A stretch of DNA of 64,000 nucleotides from Podarcis cretensis (taxonomy: Eukaryota), in contig OX638158.1 of NCBI GenBank assembly GCA_951804945.1, forward strand, positions 32,116,001-32,180,000. The letters run 5' to 3'. This document shows positions 51,704 to 64,000 of this stretch, piece after piece. The position numbers were made by a program, and so were the translations under genes. The first letter of the stretch is position 1, and the number at the start of each line of letters is the position of its first letter. The notes under the pieces are model-generated. The model did not search any database. It was given only the letters and a program-made list of their open reading frames with translations, and was not told the DNA's origin.

Positions 51704-54432
51704 TATTATTAAAGCTTAGCAGACTGCTGTTTTTGATAGGTCTCCCATTCTTTTACCGCTTGGCTCTCTCTGCCTCTGGGGTGGGGGGAGATCAGTAGGA
51801 AAGCTGAGCAGCTCTGCCACCACAGAAGCACCCCTTACCTGGATTGCTTCTCCAGCAGTGGTGAGAGTAATGGGGAGGTGGAGCACCAGTGGAGGCACCG
51901 CCTCTTGTATTTCCGCTGCCTGAGGCGGCTCCTTCACCTTGCCTCATGGGTGGGCTGGCTCTGGTTTAAAGGTGTAGTGTGAATGCAGCGTGTTTCATAC
52001 ATGTTTTACTTCCTAGGCGGCAGTCTGTGCTAGCTGTGGCTTTGTTGTGGTCCTTGGATGACCCAGTAAGATGGGTCTATCCAGATTTCCAAGAAGGCTG
52101 AGCTGCCTCTCTGGACAGGGATCAAGTAAGGGTAGAAACATAAACAGATGACATGCAGGGAATGAGTTCTTTCAGGTATATGCTTCGCACAATCCTGTTA
52201 TGAGCTCTTCCAAACTACTTTTTCTTTTTTTCTTTTGCATGATCTGTTACAGATAATCTCACAATGGCTCTTTCAGACTGCATCTGGTGAACTGTTGCTG
52301 CTTAGTACTCTAGATTTTTTTTTCTTCCTTACCTGCCCCGCCTTGTTCACAAAACTTGCACCTCAGTTAGGATACTCCTGTAACATCAATAGTAGTTGTA
52401 TAGAAGAGGACATTTTGGCAGGAGACAGCTGTCAACTAGGGTTGGGGGCAGGAGGAAAGGGTGAATTTGATGGCATTTATTCTCCTATAAAAGGAGCCCT
52501 GGCCAACTTTGGACCTGGTCACATTTGCATCATTAGTTACAAACCTTCCTATTGCCATTCCCCATCCACAAACCCACCCACCTAAATAGCAACAATCTCG
52601 GAGTGCCCTTTGAGTGACTGCTCCTCGTACTGTGCAATCTTAGGCGTGCTTACCTTAGAGCCAAAGGCCCTCTTGGAGCCAGAAAGATGGGCATTGGATT
52701 GCAACCTTAATGTAAAACAAGTGTATTTCTTATTCCCTTGATGAATTGTATGTTCTTTGGCATCCTGGCTAGCTAATGTTTCAAACTGGAAAAGAGAAAA
52801 CAGCATCTCTTCTATGTGCAAAAGTATTTTTGGCTGTTTTTAATTTGAATACATTGTCTTGCTTCTATTACATGAAACACTTCTGCTGAGGAATCGCCTT
52901 TATCCAGTATGTGTGACCCTCTTAAAAAGCTTTTGAATGGTCTTGGGGGGGGGGCAGGAGAGCAGGTGGGGGAAGAGGCAGAAGAAGTAAATCTGCTGCT
53001 AAATCTTCACCTCTGTAAGCCAACATGACCTTTCAGTTGGCCAAGTGTGCAGAATAGAGGCCACAGGACTCAGCCAATATTTGGGCAAAATGACACCAAT
53101 TGAATCTGATCCATTGGGCAGGTGTGTATTCTAGAGATTCAAACTGTGGCCACGAAATATCTCTCTGTTGAGAAGACGACAGGTGAAGGGTTAACTTGCA
53201 GCAGCAGCCACATGCAGCAAAGGGCTCTCCTCTCTCTGCCTGCCAGCTCCTGGAGACTAGCAGAGAGTTAAGGAGCTGGGAGTCTGACGTCAAGAGGGCC
53301 AGAATAGAAGACTCTATTTATAGGGCTGTTCCAAAGGGAATGGGAGACGCACAGACAGAGAGATTGTTCACTGGCTTGTGCTTGCAGGGTTGTTTTCTCT
53401 GTTCTTAACAGTGCAGGCAGCTGCCCCACTAGCTGGCACAGCTGCCTTGTCGGGAGGGAAATGGGCTCTCTGCACTGGCCACATTTGGTCTGTATGTCCT
53501 CCCCATTCCTTTCCTACACAACCTCATAGAATGGTTACACATCCTCCTAATATAATTCATTTAGTGTCCAAATGCAGTACCAGTACTTTCAGTATATGAT
53601 AAATCTCTTTTGCTAGGCTCATATTCAGTGAATAATTCCTAGCATTTTATCCTGTGACCTACAAGTCTTTAACCCTTTTCCCAAATGCATGGGGGCTGGC
53701 AGTGGTGAATGAAAGGTACTCTGTTTGTAATCCGAGGTGTTCCTTACATGTTCTGAGGCTGTGATCTGGTACTGAAAACAGATAGTTGCAGGTAAATCCA
53801 TCCCGGTCTTGACTCATGTCAATATTTGCTCATATTCCCAGGAAAGAATTGCAAATTCTTTTGGGAACTTAAATTACCTGATTGAATGTTGTTGCCATGT
53901 TATCTGTTTCCTTGTCTCCATGGGAAAGGATTGCTAAAAAAGAAAAGGAAAAAAAAGGGGCGGAGGAGCCCTCAGGCATAACATCTGTGCAACCAGTCTT
54001 CTCTCCAGGTTATAAGATTTATGCAAAAGCAAAACACAGAGTCCTGCGCCCTGTGATACCACTGTTGCCATTTACTTCCAAGCTTTCAGTCCTATCGTGG
54101 AGGATGGCACAACTGCAAAATGCCCTAGCTTGAACACAATGCTCCTTTGATATTTTTCCCCACAAAGTTCCAATCCTAAAGATGTATTTACTTCTCTAAT
54201 CTAGGAATAATCACTGTGCTACTTTCAGTCTCTCCTCTGCAGCATTTTGAGTATGCATAATCATTGCGGAGTTCTGTTGTTGCATTCCCTTTTGTGCTTT
54301 TTGGCAATGGAACAAAGAAGTCTTTCTTCTCTCCTAGTTATCTGACGTATGAAACAGAAATGTGTGTTGTGATCTTCGTTTCCACCTAGAAATTGTAGTA
54401 TCTTTTTTAACTGGAACGTAGCATGTCTAGCC

Positions 54433-54436
<4 letters not shown>

Positions 54437-54462
<26 letters not shown>
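54437..54462. repeat. (CA)n microsatellite
   Basis: Direct reading. Confidence 0.95.
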
Positions 54463-54463
<1 letters not shown>

Positions 54464-56374
54464 TGGGGAGCTTATAATCTCTGCAGCAATCTGTAATACC
54501 AGCATCTGGGGCTGGATTTGGGGCACATGCAGCAGCATTTGTGATGTCAGTCTAATTTGTGAATGAGCGTAAAATGGTTGCAAAACCATGAATCCTATAG
54601 GCACCCTTGTCAATCAGTCATGGTTGATGGCATCTCCCTTTACTTCCTGCAGTACAGTCATTACACATTACAAAACTCAAATTGACACCAAAACCAGCAT
54701 CCCCATAGTTTTCAGCTTAGCCAGGGTCCAATGTCATCACAATGTGTGAATACCCACCTCATTGTGTAGATCACATCGTTGGATGGTGGGGACAGGAAAT
54801 GCACACTGTAATGAAGCCCATCCATGTTGGCCAATAGGCAGGGGTTATGGATGTTGCAGTCCAACATTTGAAGGAACACAGGTTCCCCACCCCTTCCTCA
54901 AGGACTAACAAATTTATAAAGACATTATGCCAAGCAATTCTTTGTTAGCTTTCCTGCAAAATATGCCTATCCTCCTGAAAGAATGAGGAGTACACAATAG
55001 ATCGGAAACAAAGATCAGAGGTAATCAGAAAAATATGTAAGAGATCCATTCTTCTATATGCTCCCTAAAATTCACAAGGAAAGCTTCTCTTTGCTAAGTA
55101 GACCTGTTGTATCAAAATCAGGATCTATTTGGGGGCTATTTTGGAGCCTTTCTTGATTCCTTTCTACAAGACTTTGTGCAGCAGAGCCCATCGTTTATTT
55201 AAGATACAAAACATTTTATCAAGGGAGTGGATTGTATGCCTCCACTTTCATACTGATCTAAACACTGCTGCTGCATGCGTTTGGCATTGTGATGTGATGG
55301 CAACAGCAAGCTGAGACAGATTCCTGTGGGTTGTTCATCCTCTGCCTCCTGCATAAGAGAGGTAGAAATGTGACTTGCCTTGGAACTCTGGAGACACATA
55401 TTGTAGATGGCAGTCAGAGGCCACATGCACACCACATATTTGTAGCGATATTATGCCACTTTAAACAGTCATGGCTTCCTGCAAACAAAGAATCCTGGGA
55501 AGTACAGTTTGTTAAGGATGCAGAGTCATCAGAAGAGCCACATTACCCCCACAGAGCTACCATTCCCTGGGAAGGGATGGACTGATTGTGCTGTAGGGAA
55601 TTGTGATGCTGAAAGACTACATGGCAGCTGTCGAGGCGCATCATTCCAATCATTAACCAAAAGAATTGGAACAACCCAGCAGCTTCTATCCCATTTGTGG
55701 TTGCGTTTGCTGAGCACAAGTTAAACGTAATAGTATTGCTTGCCGCGATATAAAACACTTCTCCTACTCATGATTTATGGATTGAAGTTTTAAATATTAA
55801 CACAACATAAATAGGCCAAATAGCTTTTATCTTCACTGACTCAAAGGCTCTTCTTTAAACGAACATAAAATCCTTCCTTTTGTAGATAAAGATGCCCATC
55901 TGTATTGCTCATGAATAAAGTCTCATTTACTTTGAAAAACTTAAATCACACTTGCCATGCTGGGAGGACAGTAACAAGCAATGATACTTTTTCTGGAGTC
56001 AGATACAGAAACCTGAAGGTTGAATTGAACTTTGCTTATTATCTCGATTTGTCTCTCCTGCTGCACACTTCCCATTCTGTCACTTGTTGATCTCCCAGGG
56101 GGTGGGGGGCAAAGCTTGGCCTTTTAAAATTAGCGGTTATATCCCACCATTCCTCCAAGGAGCTCAAGGCAGAATACATGATTTCTCTTACCTGTCCGTC
56201 CCCCCCCCCCCCCGCAGTCGATTTTAGCCTTGCAACCACTCTGTGCTGTAGGTCAGGCTAAGACCACCAGCCCTAGTATTTCACGACCAAGTAAGGATTT
56301 GAACCTAGTTCAGCATCAGTGGACTGTCCTAGTCCTAGTCCAGCATCATAACCATTACACCACAAGAAAAGCCC

Positions 56375-56643
56375 ACTGGGCCACAGCAGTGTCCCACCTA
56401 GTTCTGCATTGTGTTCTCAGTGTGGCCAACAAGATCTCCATGGGCAGCCTGCAAGTGGGTTCTGAGTGCAGCTCCTGCGGTTTCCAGCAACCGGGTATTC
56501 AGAAACATACCGCCTCTGGCAGTGGAGGTAGAGCATAGTCATCAGGGTTAGTGGCCACTGGTGGCCAGCTTTATTCTCCATAAGTGTGTCTCTTGAAAAA
56601 CCATCCACGTTGGTGACCATCAACTGCCTCTTGTGGGAGCAAA
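56375..56643 (-). mobile_element. CR1-clade 3' remnant, same family as 7055-7260
   Basis: Shares GGTTTCCAGCAAC…GTATTCAGAA with 7189-7213. Confidence 0.6.
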
Positions 56644-56729
56644 CACACCAGCTCTTGGTAACAGGGGGCTTTATGGAAGCAGGCCTTAATGAGAACATTA
56701 CTCTTTGGACATGAGTACCCCATCCTCAT

Positions 56730-57079
56730 GGGACGCGGGTGGTGCTGTGGGTTAAACCACAGAGCCTAGGGCTTGCCAAACAGAATGTCGGCAGTTCAAA
56801 TCCCTGTGATGGAGTGAGCTCCCATTGCTCGGTCCCTGCTCCTGCCAACCTAGCAGTTTGAAAGCACGTCAAAGTGCAAGTAGATAAATAGGTACCGCTC
56901 TGACGGGAAGGTAAACGGCATTTCCGTGTGGTGCTCTGGTTTGCCAGAAGCAGCTTAGTCATGCTGGCCACATGACCCACAAGCTGTACGCTGGCTCCCT
57001 CGGTCAATAAAGCGAGATGAGCGCCGCAACCCCAGAGTTGTCCGTGACTGGACCTAATGGTCAAGGGTCCCTTTACCTT
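56730..57079 (+). mobile_element. Full-length Sauria SINE with 13-bp TSD
   Basis: GGGACGCGGGTGG…CCCTTTACCTTT, flanked by TACCCCATCCTCA at 56716-56728 and 57080-57092. Confidence 0.93.
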
Positions 57080-60000
57080 TACCCCATCCTCACAATGCTG
57101 GGATAAAGAAAAATAGAACCTTGCTGCAACTGTGTTACATCAGTGACATAATTTCACATGGTTCCTAAAGCTAAAGTAGAGCAAGCCATCTCAGCAAAGG
57201 AACACATTGGCCTGCTTTTCAAATATGCTGATCCTTTCAAAGGCAATGAGCCCTGCAAGTGACTCTGTGCATTTGCAAATAATAATCAGCAATTTTTTAA
57301 ACGTGCAATTGCCCCTGAACCTACAGCTGAGTGTTTTTGCCTTATTTACAGCCCAGGTTTTGTTCTCACTGGGAATAACTGCAATATTAATTAATGCTAG
57401 CCATTCATTACAGAAGTCAATGAAGTTAAAGGAGAGAGAAAAACTAGACGAAATTGTTTCTGATAAGCACAAAAGGTTGTCTAAGGTGACCACACTGTGA
57501 GGTCAGCACAGCAGAAGTGGGGAGGAGCAGGAGGCCTGGAAGCATAACCCCTCCAGCGAATTAGTGGAGGGGTCAGGGTGAACGAGACTCATTCAGCTTA
57601 AGTTGGAGGGCAGCCAGAAAAGCAGAGGTAAGGGCACAGACAGGCACTTAAGGTTTAAGGCTGGCTATCCTTGGCCCAGGCCTTTCCTACTTGCCTGTGT
57701 TTTTGTTGGCAGACTTAACATCCCCAAACGCAAACCTGCATTGTAGGGTATAGAATTATCACACTCCTGAGTAAGAAACATAATGTACAGTGGGGAAGAG
57801 GAAGGATGTTATGGAACATATCATGTTAACTGTTCATTTATACAAGAGTCATGAAATGTGTGCATTAGCCTGAACCATAACCCTTGAAGGTGGGGCCTGA
57901 TTCAGAGGGACCATGTGTATTCTGCCACTCATCCAGCCTATGACATGCCATGGCATTCAGGAAAGACAAAACTAACCTAGAGGTGCCAGACCAGCTCTGC
58001 AATAGGGAAAGGGAAAAGAAACATTAGATCAGCATCCCAGCATGTAGACTGAATTGGTTGGGGGTCTTGCACACCTAGGAAGCCTGCTTTCCCCCCCTCA
58101 GTTAATTGTTCTGCCTTTGCCCACTCCATACTTCCAACAAGTCCAGCCAGAAAACTTGGCACTGGTACATTTTGAATTGGAGAGATGCAAAGGTTTACTT
58201 TGTGGAAGCCACACCACCTTTCTAGTGCCTGCCTGCTGTTACAATGATGTAAAGGGAGGGATCAGTCCGATTCTGATCTGTGTCAGTTTCACATACGCAA
58301 CTCTGTTCCACCCTTTTTTTTTTGCATTACTATGCAAATTATGAAACTGTACCAATTCATATTTAAGTATACATTCTTGACTGTTTTCTACACAATAGGT
58401 GAATTTCTAAACGCATCTTCCCTAAAAAATATTTCACTTTCTTATATTTGGATTCCACCATGACGTACATGAAATCCTCAGAAAGCCATGTTCTGTCTAT
58501 CAATGAAGCCTGTAGGAAAGCATTCTAGATGGCTACTTTACAGTTGAAAAAACTCCACATTGTGGAAGCTCAAAGTTAAAACCTGAGCCTCTTCCTTAAC
58601 AGTGTAACTGACATTTTTACTCTGGTTTGTAACTAGTGGTAGCTAACTTGGAATTTGGTATGGATCTTGTTGTTTTGTAAACTGAAAGTTTTAACATCAC
58701 TGATACTGCTAATATGTACATAAACTATGAACATATAATGTAAAAGCCAGCAAACTCAAAAAGTAAAACCAGTATTTACTATTTCTCTGGGTTTTTTACA
58801 CCAGCCCCTGTACTGTTGGGGAACAGCTCAAAAACCTTAAGACATATTACCACATCAAACTCCTCTAGCTACAATGGATTATTTAGCAAAATCTGGGCTT
58901 GCAGTGCTGTAGAATGCAATGTAGAATGTGAAGCTGTGATTTTCCAGTTGCTATTGTGTGTGGGAAGCATGTATCTCCTATTTTAATCTAAATAATTGAG
59001 GCTTCAGCAGTCCTACATTCCAATCCACTTTCTCCAGGCCTGTCTTCACATCTTAAGCATTGCAAGATCAGCCTTCTTTTCAGTTCTCTGACAGCCCTCC
59101 CTTGCCCTTCATGGATGACTCATGCTGTAAGTTGTTGTTGCCCTAAGAGGGAATGACAGCAAGCAGAAATACCAGTGCTGTTGACATTATAACCCATGTT
59201 CAGGTAGGATCCCTCCCTCTCAAATGACTCAATATTTCAAATTCTCTTAACATGGGAGTCCCCTGTGATGAATGTCTAACCACCACCCCACCCTAGCTTG
59301 GGAGAAACTATCCAGGAGTTTCTGGAAACATGTTAGAACTTGGTGCTCTGGCTAGGCTACCAAAGCACTATTGTGACCAAACTTGGTATAGTTTGTTACT
59401 TAGAGGAAAGCACTTAACTTGAAGGAAACACTTTTCCTTTTTTAGGTGCTCATAATGGCGGCTTCTTAAGTGCTGCATGACGAATACTGTACATTCTTTC
59501 CAAAATACTGGCTTTCTAACCATTGCATGCAGCTACAATCAACACGCAAGCAACGTTGAAACCATCATAATACTCTTTGCACATGTCAGGACACCAAATC
59601 CTGAAGCACTGGGCCAAATGAACACTTAAAACAGTCTGCCACAAGAAGCCCCTAGTGGTGATTGCTACTGCTACCCAAAAAACCAATTTTGTTTAATCCA
59701 GGTATAAGGGCAGTGTGTTACGGATCCTAGTTGATTTCTGGACATGTCTTGCCTTACAGGCTAGCAGGGGTAGTATTACAAAACTCCAGTGCAACATTAT
59801 TTTCTGAGTTCTTGGTTAGTATAGCATTATGTAGTAACATGCTTTCATTTTATTCATATAATTAGGGCACTTTTCGTAATTTTGTTATGGTTAACTTTGC
59901 ATGCTCCGACAATCACTAGCACTTGTCATGCTGCCATGTTTTAAACACTATTTGGAAGTGAAGCGAGTATTTTTGCAAAGCCCTCCGATTGCATTTACCA

Positions 60001-60544
60001 ATAGCATTTGGAATAACCAATACACTTAAGGGTTTTCTTATATAAGGCAGAAATTTTAGAAAATGTTGGTATCCTTTAAGCCTCATACACCCGACTTACT
60101 TCTAATACACAAATGTTAAGTCAAATCTTACTGAATTCAGTCAAATTTACTTCCACATAGAAATATTGTGGTAGAAACGTAGTCCAATTAAAGATGCAAT
60201 AGCCAGGAAAAGGTCATGGTGCTAAACAGCATTTTCTGCTTTATATACGGCATTCAGTGGCTTCCAACCATACTTTGGGAGATTTCATTGCTGCAACATT
60301 TCCCGTTATCAGTCAGGTGGCTTTCAGCAGGTATCAGTCCTGTCTGGTCTGTGCTATTTCTGCAGTGAGCTCCTTGCTCACCCTGGGGATGTCTCCAAAG
60401 AGCTGAGCCTGTCTTCAGGACATTTACTTTCTGGCTTTACACTACTGCACCCATCTGGAGAAATGTTCCTCCCAATCCCCCCAAAATCTATTTCCCACCC
60501 TTCAAACCCTTAGTGCCCTTGCACAAACAACAGGGACAAGAGGC

Positions 60545-63500
60545 TATTATATATCATGCTTTTAATACAAACTTAAAAAAATCTGGAACAATAGAAACTG
60601 TACAGATTTGATCAACCTTTGTTGTTTTTTAACTAAATCTCTAGACACGCCAATGTCCTGTTCCAAAATATTGCACAACATTCTGAATACAAAACTCTGA
60701 TTGTATTCCTCCTTCGCTAGAGAAAAAAGAAAGAAAAAGAACGAAACCCCCTCTGGATCCCTACTCAATGGCCCCCTGCATGTAAGAACCAAAAAACCAA
60801 ACAAGAACAGCATGGACCTCTGCATTTAAAAACATACATAATTCTGTCCTCTTTGTGTCCATCCATACTCCAAGATCACACGTTGCTGATTCGCTCTTCA
60901 AAAAGGGTCAGGAAGGAGGGAAGTGAGGGGAGAAAAGGAGCTTTCACTGCTGCTTTTTTAAAATTTTCCTGAAAAAATATTTTTTTCTCTCTCCTCTAAG
61001 AAAAAATCTTGAAAAGAAAAAAGTTCAATTTTTTTTTTACGTTAGAAATATACATATATTATATATACCTCTTACATTTTACAAATGTAGCAAATTATTC
61101 AATATAAACGGACAACAAAAAAATTAACACAAACCCATAAAAATAAAAGTTAAAAAAAATCTCTTTTTCTTCCTAAGAAACCAGGTAAATTAGTGCAGGT
61201 TTTAAAAATAAAATTGAAGCTGAACGTCTAACTCTTGAGACAACAAGACCAAAAAAGAGGCCGTGAGTTTCATTGTCGCCAGCACTGGAAATGCTTCTGA
61301 AGCACGGTATGTGTTCCTTTAGGAAATACAGAGGTTGGTCCTTCCCCTTTTCCTCCTTATGAACGCAGACTTCTTTTCAAAAAGCAGTTAACAGGATAAA
61401 GCAGTGTGAAACATCACATGTCGCAGGTGCTAGTGAGGTTCTCTCCCTCCCTTCAATATACTTAAGCCTGAGAAGGGTGCATAACCCCACCCAAGGCAGT
61501 GGCTCAGGGCAGCATTCTGCTGCATGTGGAAGTTCTCGGCGGAGATTATGCTGGGCAGATAGGGAGCCAGCAGCTCTCCTAGGGAGGAAGTCCAGTGTAA
61601 AAGCATGGCAGTCTACAGTACATGTTGAGGGGAAAGAGGTGGGTGGCAGTGGTAATGTTGGGAGTGGGGGTGGGGTGGGGGGAAGACAAACAAATGTGTT
61701 TACTGAAGAGGTCTAACGTGTCTTGTTCAGGTTTAGGACTTCTAGCTTCATGAAACTTCACCCATCACTTTACTGCCCAATAGTATCTTCCCTCCTTAAC
61801 CCCTTAGTGGCTCACAGAAAACAGGCAGAATGCAAATAAGTTTTTTCTTTTTTAGTGTCCTTTTCCTCAGCCCAGCAAAGAGGCAGGGGTAAGAAGGGGG
61901 TACAAAGAAACAAAAAAGGGCTCAACTTGGGGATACCTAGAGAAGATCTCATGCATAAGCCACATCACTGTGGCCTGGGCAGGAGACACTTCCCATCCAT
62001 TTCACCGAATGATCTCTAGTGCAGAGTTAGGCATCCTTCACAGGAGGACAGATGCTTGTAGCAGTTAAGGCTCATATACAGTCCTACAGGGAATCCTCAG
62101 TTTAGCTTAAGTGGAAACGCAAGTCTCCAGGTCAAGTCACCAAAGAGCTCTAGAATTGTAGCTTATTTATTCAATATGACTTTGCCAGAGAAGGTGCAAA
62201 AGCAACATTTTATACACGGTCCAAACCATGCTGTTTGGGGGTGGGGAGCAGATAGTGATGGTAGAGAGAATATGCCTAGAGTATGTAATCCACAGCCACA
62301 TCTATGTTATCTCCCCTGAAGTTCTCTCTCACCCCTTATCGCCATAGATAAGTAAACTTTTGGACTCAGTAATTATCTCACAAGGCATAGATGGGGAAAG
62401 GTTTGCAAATCATCTGCCAAAAGAAAAGAAAAACTCACTCTTGAAGGCCACTACTGTCCCTGTCTTCCAGGCTGTCCTCTCATGACAGAAAAGGGAGATG
62501 CAGGGAATACCATTAGGATTCCTAGTTCAATAGCAACAATAAGGGAGGAGAGACTCTACATTCTTATCAGAGAACACTTTCTTCTCACCACATGTTGAGC
62601 AACATTCTACAGCAAGCCCACTTCATTCCTCATGCTCTCGAAATGGAACAAGTCCAGACTGGACCTGATATGTGGGGCGCTCTTCCGTACAGGAATGCCT
62701 GCTTCCTTTCAAATGAAAAATCATAAGGTTTTTGGTCAGAAGTCTTAAGAGACATGAGATTCAAAGTGCAAACCCTCATGCTATTCATCCAGAAAGCAGT
62801 CTGCACTGTAACTCCCTCTTCCCTGCCAAAAAGTAGTGCTATCATAGTCAAGAGCAGGAAACCATCCTTTCCATGAGAATTAGTAACCAAATGCTCAGCT
62901 GTCAACAGAAGAGCTCAGAACCCCATAAACCAAGGCAATTGGTCCAGAGGAACATCAATGGGGGCTGCTCAGGCACAAAAAAACCCTGGAAGGCCAGCTC
63001 TCACTCCTACCCTTGAAAGAGAGTGCAATATACATGGATCAATTTTTCTCACAAGTCAGAAGTGTTTGCATCTAGAGTCCTATTTATACATCATAGCATT
63101 AGCAGCTGACATGGGATCTAAGCTTCCCAAAGAGTACATCTAACTCCAGACTCTTAAGGGGGCTAAGGGGAGAGGAGGTGCTTACAATGGAAAACTGTAG
63201 GGGGGAAAAACCTGTCCCAGATGCTACAATGCTGCCCCTTCCAGCATTCCCCTGAAGCTAGAGGGGCTAAGGCCTTGCCATCACCAGTTAGCGCAGGAAG
63301 AAACAGAAGCTGAGAACTTTGTTCTACTCCCATTTTGCAATAGGAATACAAAAACGGAGTTATGAGAAATGAATACATTTGCTCCACTGTCTGGGCCTCT
63401 CATTACGCACTGAGAAACCCAGGCCTACCCTAGGAAGTGCTTGAGACTTCACACATCCAGAAGCCGTCTAAATCATCCCCCATCACTCCAAAACAGGGAG

Positions 63501-63868
63501 GAGGGGAAAATCAAGGTATCTGGCTGCAAGGGACATGACAGCACCCTGAAAAATGCCATCCTTGCAGTAAGAATATTTGAGAACCAGTTCCAAGAAGCAG
63601 CATGGGACATAATATAAAGTGGCTCTGGCTCCCACCACTGCTGGGCTGGAACAATAACCTTCCTCATTAAGTGTACAACAACGGATAGGAAAGAGCACAG
63701 GAAACAAGTTAAAAAAAATAATCAGTGCTTCAGCAGCGCTTCCTGGCATGACACAACGAATCAGGATTTGTCTCTTTCCAAGAAGCTATATTTATAAGAT
63801 TTCAAATATTTCTAATTATTTTTTCTCTTTTTTTGGAAGTTATTTTCCCCAGAATACTCTCATGGTGG
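60545..63868 (-). other. TOB2: TOB2 3'UTR (~3.3 kb), candidate poly(A) signal ATTAAA at 60561-60566 (-)
   Basis: TE-free stretch directly after the TOB2 stop, with U-rich blocks on - at 60560-61320. Plus-strand TTTAAT reads ATTAAA on -. The end position is inferred. Confidence 0.7.
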
Positions 63869-64000
63869 TCAGTTGGCCAAAACCACTGGCTGGAACGACT
63901 GGCTGGGATACTGCATGGCGTTCAGATTGTAGCTGAGTCCTTCCACGAAGGGTGTCTTCTCCAGAAAGAGGCTGTTGGTGCTGCCCCCAAAGACCTGAGC
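63869..64000 (-). CDS. TOB2: TOB2 (transducer of ERBB2, 2; BTG/Tob family), 3' end of CDS, truncated by window edge
   Basis: Reverse complement reads [43 protein letters not shown], matching the TOB2 C-terminus (…QFQPVVLAN). TOB2 lies convergent to TEF in amniotes. Confidence 0.93.
   Translation of the reverse strand, partial: AQVFGGSTNSLFLEKTPFVEGLSYNLNAMQYPSQSFQPVVLAN

Noticed and set aside
1-64000. Prokaryote-type systems (CRISPR arrays, operons, defence islands)
   Set aside because: The sequence is vertebrate with spliceosomal introns, and no regularly spaced repeat-spacer array was seen.

Overview
Eukaryotic DNA from a squamate reptile, most likely a lacertid lizard, judged from Sauria/POM-type SINEs, CR1/L2 LINE remnants and pogo/Tigger-like and hAT MITEs. 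The window holds the complete TEF (thyrotroph embryonic factor/VBP, PAR-bZIP) gene on +. TEF has two alternative CpG-island first exons (11081/11117-11183 and 22654-22786) and three shared exons (25291-25617, 27255-27475, 28792-29007). It also has a tiny alternative terminal exon (30854-30875) reached through a splice donor that overlaps the stop codon, changing the C-terminus from ...YGPL to ...YGPFDLSDSE. The last 43 codons and ~3.3 kb 3'UTR of TOB2 enter from the right end on -. The first ~4.3 kb is probably the 3'UTR of the upstream gene (ZC3H7B by synteny, inference only). The rest is intronic or intergenic DNA rich in transposon relics. The most notable items are the stop-overlapping alternative terminal exon, a 239-bp insertion with a 15-bp target-site duplication and a perfect 67-bp inverted repeat downstream of TEF, a tail-to-tail SINE pair, D-box/E-box/CTCF motifs, and a Tigger1-like end. 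I found no evidence of a wholly new multi-gene system; nearly all ORFs in the track are spurious.
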